Below, one piece after another: positions 20,593 to 30,181 of a DNA stretch of 64,000 bases. The stretch's first letter is position 1. Each line of letters begins with the position of its first letter. The DNA lies in the NCBI GenBank assembly GCA_027623675.1, contig JAQBVF010000005.1, positions 1 to 64,000 on the forward strand, in the 5' to 3' direction. The notes beneath the pieces are model-generated. The model worked only from the letters and a program-made list of their open reading frames with translations. It made no database searches and was not told where the DNA came from. Origin of the DNA: Chloroflexota bacterium (GTDB lineage Bacteria; Chloroflexota; Dehalococcoidia; Lucifugimonadales; UBA3495). Position numbers and translations under genes: made by a program.

Positions 20593-20719
20593 CCCGTTAT
20601 ATGGGGAAGCCGGGTGTACATAATGTTGCTGGGCAACATGCCTGTAGGTATAATCTTGCCTGCCGGGCCGTTGGCTGTCCGATACGAGATTTACTCTGGC
20701 AGAGTATCCTTTTTATGAG

Positions 20720-21556
20720 ATGGCGCAGGGGGGTGGGCCGGCATTGATGCTTGAGACGGGGCGCACGGTGGACCTGGGATCGTTCCATGCGACGCCGGAA
20801 TCGGTTGATGAGTACCTGCGCTCGGTTGGCGATGAACTGCCCGTCTACCGCGAAGCTGGGATTGCTCCGCCGCTGTACTCGGCAGCCAAGGCATTAGGCG
20901 CGCTTCTGACCAAGCTGGAACTCCCCCCTGGTGCGATACACAGTTTACAAGAGATTGAAACGCTTGCGCCCATCGGTATCGCTGGTGAGATAATTGTCAG
21001 CGCCTATCTGGAGAAGCCTCGCCGCAGAGCTGGTCTAGAATTCTTGACCGCCGTCTGCACCATCGAGTCCGGCGGGGTGGAGGCGCTCCGATCGAAGACC
21101 ACCGTGCTCCTGCCCAGCGGGGAGCCGGCCCAAGAACCGGTCAAGGGGCAACAGAGCGGAGAACGTAAACCGGCCGAGAGCGGTCTACCGGTCGTTACCA
21201 GGCAGATAAACCAAGAGCAATTGAACGCCTACGCCGTGGCATCGGGGGACGACAATCCCCTGCACCTGGACGCAGGATTCGCGGCGGGGACCCAGTTCGG
21301 CGGGATAATCGCCCACGGCATGCTGACTTTGGCCTTCATCTCTGAGATGATGACCGGAGCCCACGGGCGCGACTGGCTGGAATCGGCGTCCCTGCGAGTT
21401 AGGTTCAAGGGCGCGGCCTACCTGGGAGACCAGGTGGATACGACGGCCAGCCTAACCAAGGAAGGGGAAAGCTCGCTGACCTACTCAGTGGGTGCTATCA
21501 ACAGCGCCAGCGGCCAGGAACTGATCGCTGGCAGTGCCGGCGTTAGCGTACGATAA
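20720..21556 (+). CDS. MaoC-family double hot-dog dehydratase
   Basis: C-terminal hydratase-2 motif SGDDNPLHLD..IAHGML; N-terminal degenerate hot-dog domain; start may be 20747. Confidence 0.8.
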   Translation: MAQGGGPALMLETGRTVDLGSFHATPESVDEYLRSVGDELPVYREAGIAPPLYSAAKALGALLTKLELPPGAIHSLQEIETLAPIGIAGEIIVSAYLEKPRRRAGLEFLTAVCTIESGGVEALRSKTTVLLPSGEPAQEPVKGQQSGERKPAESGLPVVTRQINQEQLNAYAVASGDDNPLHLDAGFAAGTQFGGIIAHGMLTLAFISEMMTGAHGRDWLESASLRVRFKGAAYLGDQVDTTASLTKEGESSLTYSVGAINSASGQELIAGSAGVSVR

Positions 21557-21640
21557 GGGGAAATCGCCTTTTGGGGATGGTCCGGCGGCAACCACATGGC
21601 GGGGGCCCGGCCAAACCAGGTCAGACTCTAGGGGAACACC

Positions 21641-22693
21641 ATGCAGAAACAATCGGACAACGGCACAAGCCCGGTGCGAGTGGCATTGGACGCCATGGGC
21701 GGAGACCACGGCCCGGTGGAAACGGTCAAGGGCGCGGTACTGGCCGCCAAGTCCGCCAACGTTGAGATGATCTTAGTTGGTGACCAGGGTCCGGTGGAAG
21801 CCGAGCTGGCCAAATACGACACCAACGGCCTGGCCATCAGGTTGGTCCCATCGGTCGACAAGATCAGGGACGACGAGCATCCGTTACAGGCCATGCGCTC
21901 CAAGCCCAACGCCTCAGTGGTAGTGGCTACCCGGTTGGTCAAGAGCGGGGATGCCGACGTGATAGTCTCCATGGGGTCCACCGGCGGTTCCATGGCCAGC
22001 GCCGTGCTGACATTGGGGCTGATGCAGGGGCTGGAACGTCCCTGCCTGGGCGGCCCGTTCCTGGGGTTGGCCCCCAATACCGTTCTGGTGGACATCGGCA
22101 GCAATCTGGACTCCCGCCCGGGCCTGCTGCTCAATTTCGCCTCCTTGGGCGTCACCTGGGCCAGGACCTACATGGGTATCGACAATCCCAGGGTCGCCCT
22201 GCTAAGTGTCGGTGCTGAGTCGACGAAGGGCAATAGACAGGTCCAAGAAAGCCACCGGGTGTTCGAAGGCAGCCACCTGAACTTCGTCGGCAACGTGGAG
22301 GGGATGGACTTCTTCACCGAGAAAGCCGAGGTAATCATCTGCGACGGCTTCGTCGGCAACATCCTGATCAAGTTCACCGAGGGTCTGGGCGCGGCGTTCG
22401 CGGCCTTCGCCAAGAAGCGGCTGGCGACGTCGTTGGATGACACCACCATCGACGAGTTCGCCGCCGAGTTGGTCCAGTTGACCAACCGCACCCGCACCAA
22501 CGGCGGCCCCCTATTCGGCGTGAATGGTCCGGTGATCCTTGGTCACGGCTCCAGTGGCGCCGACGAGATATTGGCGGCGGTGAACACCTCCATCCGTTAC
22601 GTGCATCTTGGGATGGTTGACATCATGCGCCAGGACCTGGCCCGCATGAACCAAACGCCCAACGAAACGTCAGGCACCGGCGCGGGCCGGTAA
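21641..22693 (+). CDS. plsX: phosphate acyltransferase PlsX
   Basis: VALDAMGGDHGP, NFVGNVEG, CDGFVGNILIK, GHGSS. Confidence 0.95.
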   Translation: MQKQSDNGTSPVRVALDAMGGDHGPVETVKGAVLAAKSANVEMILVGDQGPVEAELAKYDTNGLAIRLVPSVDKIRDDEHPLQAMRSKPNASVVVATRLVKSGDADVIVSMGSTGGSMASAVLTLGLMQGLERPCLGGPFLGLAPNTVLVDIGSNLDSRPGLLLNFASLGVTWARTYMGIDNPRVALLSVGAESTKGNRQVQESHRVFEGSHLNFVGNVEGMDFFTEKAEVIICDGFVGNILIKFTEGLGAAFAAFAKKRLATSLDDTTIDEFAAELVQLTNRTRTNGGPLFGVNGPVILGHGSSGADEILAAVNTSIRYVHLGMVDIMRQDLARMNQTPNETSGTGAGR

Positions 22694-22701
22694 GCCAGCC
22701 A

Positions 22702-23454
22702 ATGACAGGAATCGATCTGGGTGGCAAGGTTGCGCTGGTCACCGGGGCTTCAAGGGGCATCGGCGCCGCCGTCGCCCGCCGCCTGGCCCAGGCCGGCGCC
22801 AGGGTCGCGGTCAACTACCACGCCAGCCCTGACGCGGCCACGGCGATCGTCGCGTCCATCAACGATTCCGGTGGTGAGGCCATATTGGCCGGGGGGGATG
22901 TCTCCCAGGAAGAGGCTGCGCAGTCCGTGATCAAACGGGTGGTTGATCACTTCGGCAGAGTTGATATCCTGGTGAACAATGCCGGCATCACCAAGGACCG
23001 GCTGCTGCTCCGCATGACCCCGGAAGACTTCGACGGCGTGATGAACGTCAACCTGCGGGGCGCGTTCCTCTGCACCAAATACATCATGCCCCACCTGATC
23101 CGCCAGCGTTCGGGCCGGGTGATCAACATGTCCTCGGTAGTCGGGCTTTCCGGAAACCCCGGCCAGGCCAACTACGCCGCCGCGAAGGCCGGACTGGTGG
23201 GCTTAACCAAGGCTGTTGCACGGGAGGTCGCCTCCCGTAACGTCACGGTCAACGCGCTGGCCCCAGGTTACATCTCCACGGCGATGGTGGACGAACTGAC
23301 CGAGGAGACCCAAAAGAAGATCCTGTCCAACATTCCCATGGGCCGGTTCGGCACCGCGGAGGACGTGGCCGAGGCGGTGGTCTTTATCGCCAGCGACGGC
23401 GCCAGCTACATCACCGGCCAGGTCCTGACCATCGACGGCGGCATGATCGCCTGA
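22702..23454 (+). CDS. fabG: 3-oxoacyl-ACP reductase
   Basis: TGASRGIG, NNAGITKD, GNPGQANYAAAK; follows plsX. Confidence 0.92.
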   Translation: MTGIDLGGKVALVTGASRGIGAAVARRLAQAGARVAVNYHASPDAATAIVASINDSGGEAILAGGDVSQEEAAQSVIKRVVDHFGRVDILVNNAGITKDRLLLRMTPEDFDGVMNVNLRGAFLCTKYIMPHLIRQRSGRVINMSSVVGLSGNPGQANYAAAKAGLVGLTKAVAREVASRNVTVNALAPGYISTAMVDELTEETQKKILSNIPMGRFGTAEDVAEAVVFIASDGASYITGQVLTIDGGMIA

Positions 23455-23502
23455 GCGGACCGGCGCCCGTTGAACCTCCCTGCCGTCAACTTCTAAGCAT
23501 CT

Positions 23503-23541
23503 AACCGTTCCATCCAACCGTTCCATCCAACCGTTTGATCC
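23503..23541. repeat. 13-bp tandem repeat, three copies
   Basis: AACCGTTCCATCC twice plus AACCGTTTGATCC. Confidence 0.8.
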
Positions 23542-23626
23542 CCTGATCGTCCCCAGGCGAGCGGCCCATGTATAATACCGCCACGCCCGGACCGGCCCTT
23601 ATCCCGATCTAAAACTGGAGGCCCAG

Positions 23627-24508
23627 ATGCGCACGACCACCAAGTTCCGGCAACTGCTTAAAGCGCCCGGTATCATTCAAGCACCCGGGGCTTACGACTG
23701 CCTGACCGCCAAGATAATCGAGAAAGCCGGGTTCCCGGCGGTCTACATGACCGGGGCCGGCACGTCGGTCGGCCAGCTTGGCTATCCGGACCTGGGTCTG
23801 GCTTCCGTGACCGAGATGGTCCAGAACGCCGCCCGCATCACCGAGATACTTGACGTTCCCCTGATCGCCGACGCCGACACGGGCTACGGCGGGATACTGA
23901 ACGTGCGGCGGACCGTGCGGCAGTACGAGCGGGCCGGGGTGGCGGCGATTCACATTGAGGACCAGGATTTGCCCAAGCGCTGCGGCCACCTGAACGACAA
24001 GAAAGTCATCTCCACCGAGGACATGGTCCAGAAGATCAAGGCGGCCGTGGACGCCCGAACCGACGACGACTTCACCATCATTGTGCGCACCGATTCCATC
24101 GCGGTTACCGGCTGGGACGACGCCATGCACCGTTGCGGCGAGTACATCAAGGCGGGGGCGGACGCCCTGTTCGTCGAAGCCCTGCGCACCCCGGAGGAGG
24201 TGGAGCGCGCCGCCCAGAACCTGGACATTCCCCTGCTCTTCAACTTTGTGGAAACGGGCAAGTCTCCCTTACTGCCGGCGCCGGAACTTGAGCGGCTCGG
24301 CTTCAAGATCGTTATCTATCCCGCCAGCGCCCTGCTCTCGGTGACCCAGGTGGTGGGGCAGGTGATGGCCCAGTTGAAGGAGACGGGCACCACGGCGCAT
24401 CTGCTGGATGGCATGGTCAGCCTGGAGGACTGCTTCGAGGCAGTTGGCCTGTCGGCCATGCTGGCCGAAGATGCCAGGTTCGCCATCGGCGAGGGCGCAA
24501 CCCGTTAG
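23627..24508 (+). CDS. isocitrate lyase/PEP mutase family enzyme (2-methylisocitrate lyase/oxaloacetate decarboxylase-like)
   Basis: DADTGYG, HIEDQ..PKRCGH. Confidence 0.88.
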   Translation: MRTTTKFRQLLKAPGIIQAPGAYDCLTAKIIEKAGFPAVYMTGAGTSVGQLGYPDLGLASVTEMVQNAARITEILDVPLIADADTGYGGILNVRRTVRQYERAGVAAIHIEDQDLPKRCGHLNDKKVISTEDMVQKIKAAVDARTDDDFTIIVRTDSIAVTGWDDAMHRCGEYIKAGADALFVEALRTPEEVERAAQNLDIPLLFNFVETGKSPLLPAPELERLGFKIVIYPASALLSVTQVVGQVMAQLKETGTTAHLLDGMVSLEDCFEAVGLSAMLAEDARFAIGEGATR

Positions 24509-24598
24509 GCATTGCCGCGGCTCGTCTGCCGGATTCTGGCGATTCCGGGTAATGGATCTGTCTATTCTTCGTGTCATTGCCTCATTTAAGATAGAGAT

Positions 24599-25921
24599 AT
24601 GGCGAAAGAGGCAAATAACCCTGTGAGCGGCGGTGACGATTTCCTGTCGCGTTTGCCCCGGGAGGTTTCCCGGTGGGAGAACGACGGCCTAATCTCGGCT
24701 GACCAAGGCCAGTCGATCCTTGGCAGATACCCCCAGGAATCAACCGCCCCCGGCAGCCGCGCCCAGTCCAGACTGATCACCGGCCTGTCGGTTATCGGCG
24801 CTGTATTGGTCGGGTTGGGTATCATTCTCTTCTTTGCCGCCAACTGGGACGGAATGGCCCGAAGCGCCAAGATGGCCATCATCATCGCGGCGGTCCTCTC
24901 CGGGCACGGCCTGGGCTACTACCTGCGTTACCACCGTGGCTATCTCCGGGTTGGTTCGGCCATGGTCCTGCTGGCCTGCCTGATCTACGGCGCGGGCGTG
25001 CATCTGGTCGGCCAAGCCTACAATGTGGAAGTCAACGATCCCCGGCTGATGCTCTTCTGGTTCCTGGGCGTATTTCCCCTGGTCTATATCGTCCGCTCCC
25101 AGCCCATCCAGTTCCTGGGACTGGCGCTCTTCCTTGCGGCAGTGGGTTTCAGAATGCCCGACTGGGTCGACGAGGTATCCAGAGGCCAGGCGGTCTTGGG
25201 CCTGTCTCTGTTCTTGGTCCTCGGGCTGCTGATATTTGCCGTCGGGCGGATCAAAGAGGAATTCAACCTGCTGCGGCCCTACTCCGAGTCATTCCAACTG
25301 GTGGGCCTCATTACCGCTCTGGCGGCGGTCTTTGTCCTTACGTTCAAAGAGGTATTCGACTCCTTTGACGATGGCTTGTACATCCAAGGCGAGACCGAAT
25401 TGGCATTCAGGGCCATGATTGTGTCCGCCGGAGCGCTGACCGTTTTACTGGTCTTGGCGGCGGCGTGGCTGCAGCGGCGCAACGGGCTGGAGTTTGCCTT
25501 GAACGCCACCGAGGGCCTCGCCATCGGCATTTTGTTGGCATCCGCCTACGTGGTGGCCAGCGTCACCAGCGGCGGCGATGTCTTCTACGCCGTGGTTTTC
25601 AACGTCCTGCTGGCGCTCACTCTGCTCGGGGTCTTGGTCTCAGGGTATCTGCGGGGGCGGGAAGCCTTGGTGAACATCGCGCTGGCCTTCATCGGCATCG
25701 ATATCGTTGCCCGCTATTTCGAGTACAGCTGGAATCTGCTTGACCGGTCGTTAATCTTCGTGGCGGCGGGGGTGATTCTGCTGTTGGGCGGCTACCTGGC
25801 CGAGCGGGGCAGGCAGAAGATGCTGGAGCGTATCAGGGCTTCCGGCGGCTCCTTTGGGTCTGATGAGGGCTCCGTCGGCTTTTGGGGAGGCCCTGGCGGC
25901 TCTAGCAGAGGCCAACGATGA
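24599..25921 (+). CDS. DUF2157-type integral membrane protein
   Basis: RWENDGLIS, GLGIILFFAANW; many TM helices; paired with a GDYXXLXY gene. Confidence 0.8.
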   Translation: MAKEANNPVSGGDDFLSRLPREVSRWENDGLISADQGQSILGRYPQESTAPGSRAQSRLITGLSVIGAVLVGLGIILFFAANWDGMARSAKMAIIIAAVLSGHGLGYYLRYHRGYLRVGSAMVLLACLIYGAGVHLVGQAYNVEVNDPRLMLFWFLGVFPLVYIVRSQPIQFLGLALFLAAVGFRMPDWVDEVSRGQAVLGLSLFLVLGLLIFAVGRIKEEFNLLRPYSESFQLVGLITALAAVFVLTFKEVFDSFDDGLYIQGETELAFRAMIVSAGALTVLLVLAAAWLQRRNGLEFALNATEGLAIGILLASAYVVASVTSGGDVFYAVVFNVLLALTLLGVLVSGYLRGREALVNIALAFIGIDIVARYFEYSWNLLDRSLIFVAAGVILLLGGYLAERGRQKMLERIRASGGSFGSDEGSVGFWGGPGGSSRGQR

Positions 25922-26484
25922 GCCACGCCATGAAGATCGCTTTCTGGGCCACCGTCGCCGGGCAGATCATCCTGTTGCTGGCCTTCATCGGCGTCAAGGA
26001 GAACACGCTGCGCACCGGAACGTCGGTTCTGCTGCAAACGGTGCCCGTCGATCCCAGGTCGTTGCTTCAGGGCGACTATGTTACGCTGGATTATGAGATC
26101 GCCGAGCTGCCGCAATCGCTGCGTGAAGCGCCGATCGGAGAAACGGTGTACGTGAGTTTGAGGAAGACGGGCGGCGAACTCTGGGTCTCGCAGGGACATT
26201 CCATCCTGCGGCCAGAAAAAGGCGTGGTATTCATCAAGGGAACGGTTAATGACCGTGGCCGCCTGGACCTTGGCTTGGGCACCTATTTCATACCCGAGGG
26301 CACGGGGAGCATCATAGAGCGGGCGCAGGATGTGAAGGTCCGGGCGTCGGTCAATTCCAGCGGCTCGGCGGTGATCCAGGAACTATTGGTTGATGGCGAG
26401 CCCTTCGACCCCAACCGTCCTCAGGACCTGCCGCTCAAGGAGCCGCCGCCCCGGCCCGCCGAACCGGCCAAGCCGCCGGAATAG
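25918..26484 (+). CDS. GDYXXLXY domain membrane-anchored protein
   Basis: PVDPRSLLQGDYVTLDY and YFIPEG; ATGA overlap with the upstream gene. Confidence 0.88.
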   Translation: MSHAMKIAFWATVAGQIILLLAFIGVKENTLRTGTSVLLQTVPVDPRSLLQGDYVTLDYEIAELPQSLREAPIGETVYVSLRKTGGELWVSQGHSILRPEKGVVFIKGTVNDRGRLDLGLGTYFIPEGTGSIIERAQDVKVRASVNSSGSAVIQELLVDGEPFDPNRPQDLPLKEPPPRPAEPAKPPE

Positions 26485-26517
26485 CCGCCGGAGAAACGGT
26501 AACCCAGGGGGAATCGC

Positions 26518-27039
26518 ATGGCAAACGTAGTGCTGGTCGTCGACATGGTGAAGGGGTTCCTGGAACCGGGCCACAATCTCTATTGCGGCGGCGAGTCCCG
26601 GAACATCATCCCCAGGGTCCACAGTCTGTTGCAGCGAGAGCGTGCGGCCGGTTCCGAGATACTTTTCATCTCGGACCACCATGACCCCGACGACTTGGAG
26701 TTCCAGATATTCCCGGTGCACTGCGTGAAAGGGACCGACGAACCCAACGTCATCGCCGAGCTGGCCGAGTTCGTGACCGGCGACAACGTGATCCCCAAGA
26801 ACCGGTACAGCGGCTTCTTCAATACGCCTCTGGAAGGCCGGCTCGCCGCCGGGAAGCCCGGCAAGGTTATCATCTGCGGGGTCTGCACCAACATCTGTGT
26901 CCTACACACGGCCTCCGACGCTAGGAACCGCGACTATGCCGTTGAAGTGCCTTCGGACTGCGTGGCAAGCTTCGATCCAGATGCCCATGCTTGGGCGCTC
27001 TCCCATCTGAAAGATATACTCGGGGCCGCGGTGATCTAA
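26518..27039 (+). CDS. isochorismatase/nicotinamidase family cysteine hydrolase
   Basis: VVDMVKGF, DHH..FPVHC, KNRYSGF, GVCTNICV. Confidence 0.9.
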   Translation: MANVVLVVDMVKGFLEPGHNLYCGGESRNIIPRVHSLLQRERAAGSEILFISDHHDPDDLEFQIFPVHCVKGTDEPNVIAELAEFVTGDNVIPKNRYSGFFNTPLEGRLAAGKPGKVIICGVCTNICVLHTASDARNRDYAVEVPSDCVASFDPDAHAWALSHLKDILGAAVI

Positions 27040-27166
27040 GCGGCTATCCAGGCAGTCTATCACGAGGCTATCACCGGCCCGGTAACCTTGCTATTCCGCG
27101 AAGGCCCCAGGTATGATGGGCCTAATATCCGGGTTGTGAATGGGCCGGCCGGCGAGGATGAAAACG

Positions 27167-29203
27167 ATGCTGTACCGCACGTATAGATACTCCCAATGGG
27201 ACGGCAGCCAACGGATCTTCGAGTTTGACGCCGATCAGTTGATGGACCTCCTTTCGGACGACATCCTGAATCAGGGCGATGTCATGAAGGCGCTCCGCGA
27301 CCTGTTGCGTCAGGGCGTTCAGGACCGCGACGGCCAGCAGATGCCTGGCCTGCGGGAACTGATGGAACAGCTCAAGAACCAGCGCCGCGAACAACTACAG
27401 CAGCACAACATGGACTCGGTAGTTGACGACCTGAAAGAACGCCTGGAAGACATCGTCAACACCGAGCGAGAAGGCATTCAACGCCGGATGGACGAGGCCA
27501 AAGCGCGGCTCGAGGCCGACCGCTCCGAGAACCCCGAAGGCGGCGATCAGCAGCCGCTATACGACCTTCTGGAACAGCGGGCCGATCGCAACCGGGAGAA
27601 ACTGGACGGCTTGCCGGAGGGTCTGGGCGCTCAGCTCAATGAGTTGATGGAGTACGACTTCATGGACCCCGAGGCCCAGCAGAAGTTCCAAGACCTGCTG
27701 GACATGCTGAAGAGCCAGATGGCCCAGAACATGGGCCAGCAGATGACCGACCAGTTAAAGGGCATGTCGGAAGAAGACATGGCCGCCACCCGCGAGATGA
27801 TGCGGGACCTGAACCAGATGATGCGGGACAAGATGTCTGGGCAGGAACCGGACTTTGACGGCTTCATGCAGAAGTGGGGCCAGATGTTCGGCGACAACCC
27901 GCCCCAGAGCTTCGATCAGCTTATGGAGCATCTGCAACAGCAGCTGGCCCAGATGCAGTCCATGATGGACAGCATGTCCCCCGAAGCCCGCCGCGAGTTG
28001 GAAGATGCCCTGGCCCAGGCCCTTGACCCGGAGACGCAGCGTGAGATGGCCCAGTTCGCCCAACTCATGGAGCAGATGATGCCCATGGACGATCTGCGCC
28101 GCCAATACCCCTTCCTGGGCGACGATACCCTGACCATGGAACAGGCCATGGAGATGATGAAGGGCCTGCAGGAACTGGACCAACTGGAACAATCACTGCA
28201 AGACGCCATGCGCAGTGGCAATCTGGAAGATATCGACCCGGAAAAACTGGCTGAACTGCTGGGAGACGAAGCCCGCCGCACCTACGACGAGTTGGACAAT
28301 CTGCGGAAGCTGCTTCAGGATGCGGGGTACGTCACCGGCGACGACAAGATGGACCTGACCGCCCGGGGCATGCGCCGCATCGGCCAGAAGGCGCTGAAAG
28401 AGGTCTTCACCCACCTCAAGAAAGACCGGATGGGCGACCACCGAATGGATGCCCGCGGCGCCAACGGAGACGTGCTGGGCGAGACCAAGATCTACGAGTT
28501 CGGCGACCCGTTCCAGGTCGATCTCCAGGCCACGGTCAAGAACGCAGTCCTCCGTGGCGGGCCTCAGGTGCCCGTGCAGCTCAGTCCCGACGACTTCGAG
28601 GTCTACCGCAACGAGCATATGACCCGGTCCTCCACCGTTTTGCTGTTGGACCAGAGCCGCTCCATGGGGTTGTTCAACAACTGGCAGGCGGCCAAGAAGG
28701 TGACCCTGGCATTGATGGCCCTGATGCGCAGCCAGTACCCCAGGGACAGCCTTCATATTGTAGGGTTCTCCGATTACGCCCGCGAGATCAAAGAAGAAGA
28801 TATGGCCAAGTGCAGTTGGAACGCCTGGGTATCGGGCACCAACCTGCACCACGCCCTGATGCTTTCCCGGAAGCTCCTGGCCAAGGAAAAGGGCGGCACC
28901 AGGCAGATTTTGGTGATCACCGACGGCGAGCCGACCGCCCACCTGGAGGGCGACCGGGCGTTCTTCGCTTATCCGCCCAGCCACCGCACCGAGTTGGAGA
29001 CCTTGAAAGAGGTCCGGAAGTGCACCCAAGAAGACATCCTGATCAATACATTCATGTTGGAGAACAACTACCAACTGGTCAATTTCGTGGACCGCATGAC
29101 CCGCATCAACAGCGGCCGGGCCTTCTACAGCAGCGCCAACAACCTGGGTGAATATCTGCTGGTCGACTACGTGACCAACCGCAAGAAGCGGGTCTCTGCC
29201 TGA
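27167..29203 (+). CDS. VWA domain-containing protein with long Met/Gln-rich helical region
   Basis: N-terminal YRYSQWDG; MIDAS DQSRSM; GTNLHHAL; VITDGEPTAH. Confidence 0.88.
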   Translation: MLYRTYRYSQWDGSQRIFEFDADQLMDLLSDDILNQGDVMKALRDLLRQGVQDRDGQQMPGLRELMEQLKNQRREQLQQHNMDSVVDDLKERLEDIVNTEREGIQRRMDEAKARLEADRSENPEGGDQQPLYDLLEQRADRNREKLDGLPEGLGAQLNELMEYDFMDPEAQQKFQDLLDMLKSQMAQNMGQQMTDQLKGMSEEDMAATREMMRDLNQMMRDKMSGQEPDFDGFMQKWGQMFGDNPPQSFDQLMEHLQQQLAQMQSMMDSMSPEARRELEDALAQALDPETQREMAQFAQLMEQMMPMDDLRRQYPFLGDDTLTMEQAMEMMKGLQELDQLEQSLQDAMRSGNLEDIDPEKLAELLGDEARRTYDELDNLRKLLQDAGYVTGDDKMDLTARGMRRIGQKALKEVFTHLKKDRMGDHRMDARGANGDVLGETKIYEFGDPFQVDLQATVKNAVLRGGPQVPVQLSPDDFEVYRNEHMTRSSTVLLLDQSRSMGLFNNWQAAKKVTLALMALMRSQYPRDSLHIVGFSDYAREIKEEDMAKCSWNAWVSGTNLHHALMLSRKLLAKEKGGTRQILVITDGEPTAHLEGDRAFFAYPPSHRTELETLKEVRKCTQEDILINTFMLENNYQLVNFVDRMTRINSGRAFYSSANNLGEYLLVDYVTNRKKRVSA

Positions 29204-29325
29204 TATTTAAGGTCTATAACGGACATACGCCGCCCCTTTTTTGCGGCGGCGCGCTCTGATAAGATAAGAGAACAATCGAATAGATGTTGGGATCGTGCGG
29301 CCGGCCTTCCAAAGGCTCGGTCACA

Positions 29326-29448
29326 CTTTTAAGACGGTCCAGAGAGGCTGGCAAAGTTGAGCGTCCCAGATTTCCGCCGGGTGTGCGAGTGCGCACCCGC
29401 TGCGTGAATTTGTTTGCGCCCTTGCCGGTTTCAGGTAAGGGCTTTTTT
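29326..29448 (+). promoter_or_regulatory. PyrR-binding loop and attenuator
   Basis: CTTTTAAGACGGTCCAGAGAGGCTGGCAAAG matches the PyrR binding-loop consensus; downstream terminator GCCCTTGCC/GGTAAGGGC-TTTTTT at 29418-29448. Confidence 0.9.
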
Positions 29449-29500
29449 ATTGGCCGGTTCCAACGCGGTGCGCCAGCCGGTAAAAGCCCCAGTGAAGCGA

Positions 29501-30058
29501 ATGCAAGAACGCCAAATAATGAACCAAGAGGACGTGCGGCGGGCCATGACCAGGGTCGCCCACGAGATACTTGAGCGTAACCGGGGAGCCGAAGACCTGG
29601 TGATCGTGGGTATTCACACCCGTGGGGTCCACCTCGCCCACCGCATTGCCGCCAACCTGGCCGAGTTCGAGGGCGTGAATGTTCCGGTGGCGAGCCTGGA
29701 TGTCAGCCTGTACCGTGACGACCTCCGGGTGCGCGGCCAGTCCAAGGTCCAGCCCACAGATATCCCAATGGGCATCCAGGGCAAGCGCGTGGTTCTGGTG
29801 GATGACGTTTTATATACCGGCCGGACCGTCCGCGCCGCCATGGACGCCCTGGTGGACTTTGGCCGCCCGCAACAGATCCAACTGGCGATCCTGCTGGACC
29901 GCGGCCACCGGGAACTGCCCATCCGGGCCGATTACGTCGGCCAGAACCTGCCCACCTCGATAGAGGAGCGGGTGATGGTCCGCCTCTTGGAGACCGATGG
30001 CGCCGATGAGGTCGCATTGATATTCGACGACAAGATCGGGGCGAAACGTGACTCTTAG
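29501..30058 (+). CDS. pyrR: bifunctional pyr operon regulator / uracil phosphoribosyltransferase
   Basis: [46 protein letters not shown]. Confidence 0.97.
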   Translation: MQERQIMNQEDVRRAMTRVAHEILERNRGAEDLVIVGIHTRGVHLAHRIAANLAEFEGVNVPVASLDVSLYRDDLRVRGQSKVQPTDIPMGIQGKRVVLVDDVLYTGRTVRAAMDALVDFGRPQQIQLAILLDRGHRELPIRADYVGQNLPTSIEERVMVRLLETDGADEVALIFDDKIGAKRDS

Positions 30059-30181
30059 CAAGAATTGGATGCCGGTGACAACCCCGATTCCTAACCCCAT
30101 AACCCAGACAGGACCCGTCACCGGAACCGATCACGGGAATCTTTCCGGCGCCCCGCAAAAGAGATATTAGGACATATTGAG

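Noticed and set aside
23503..23541. CRISPR-like arrays here and at 42097-42141
   Set aside because: Units are 13 bp, contiguous and without spacers; no cas genes.
30069..30170. 33-codon Pro/Thr-rich ORF between pyrR and pyrB as a leader peptide
   Set aside because: No RBS and no attenuator hairpin follows; regulation is already explained by the PyrR site.
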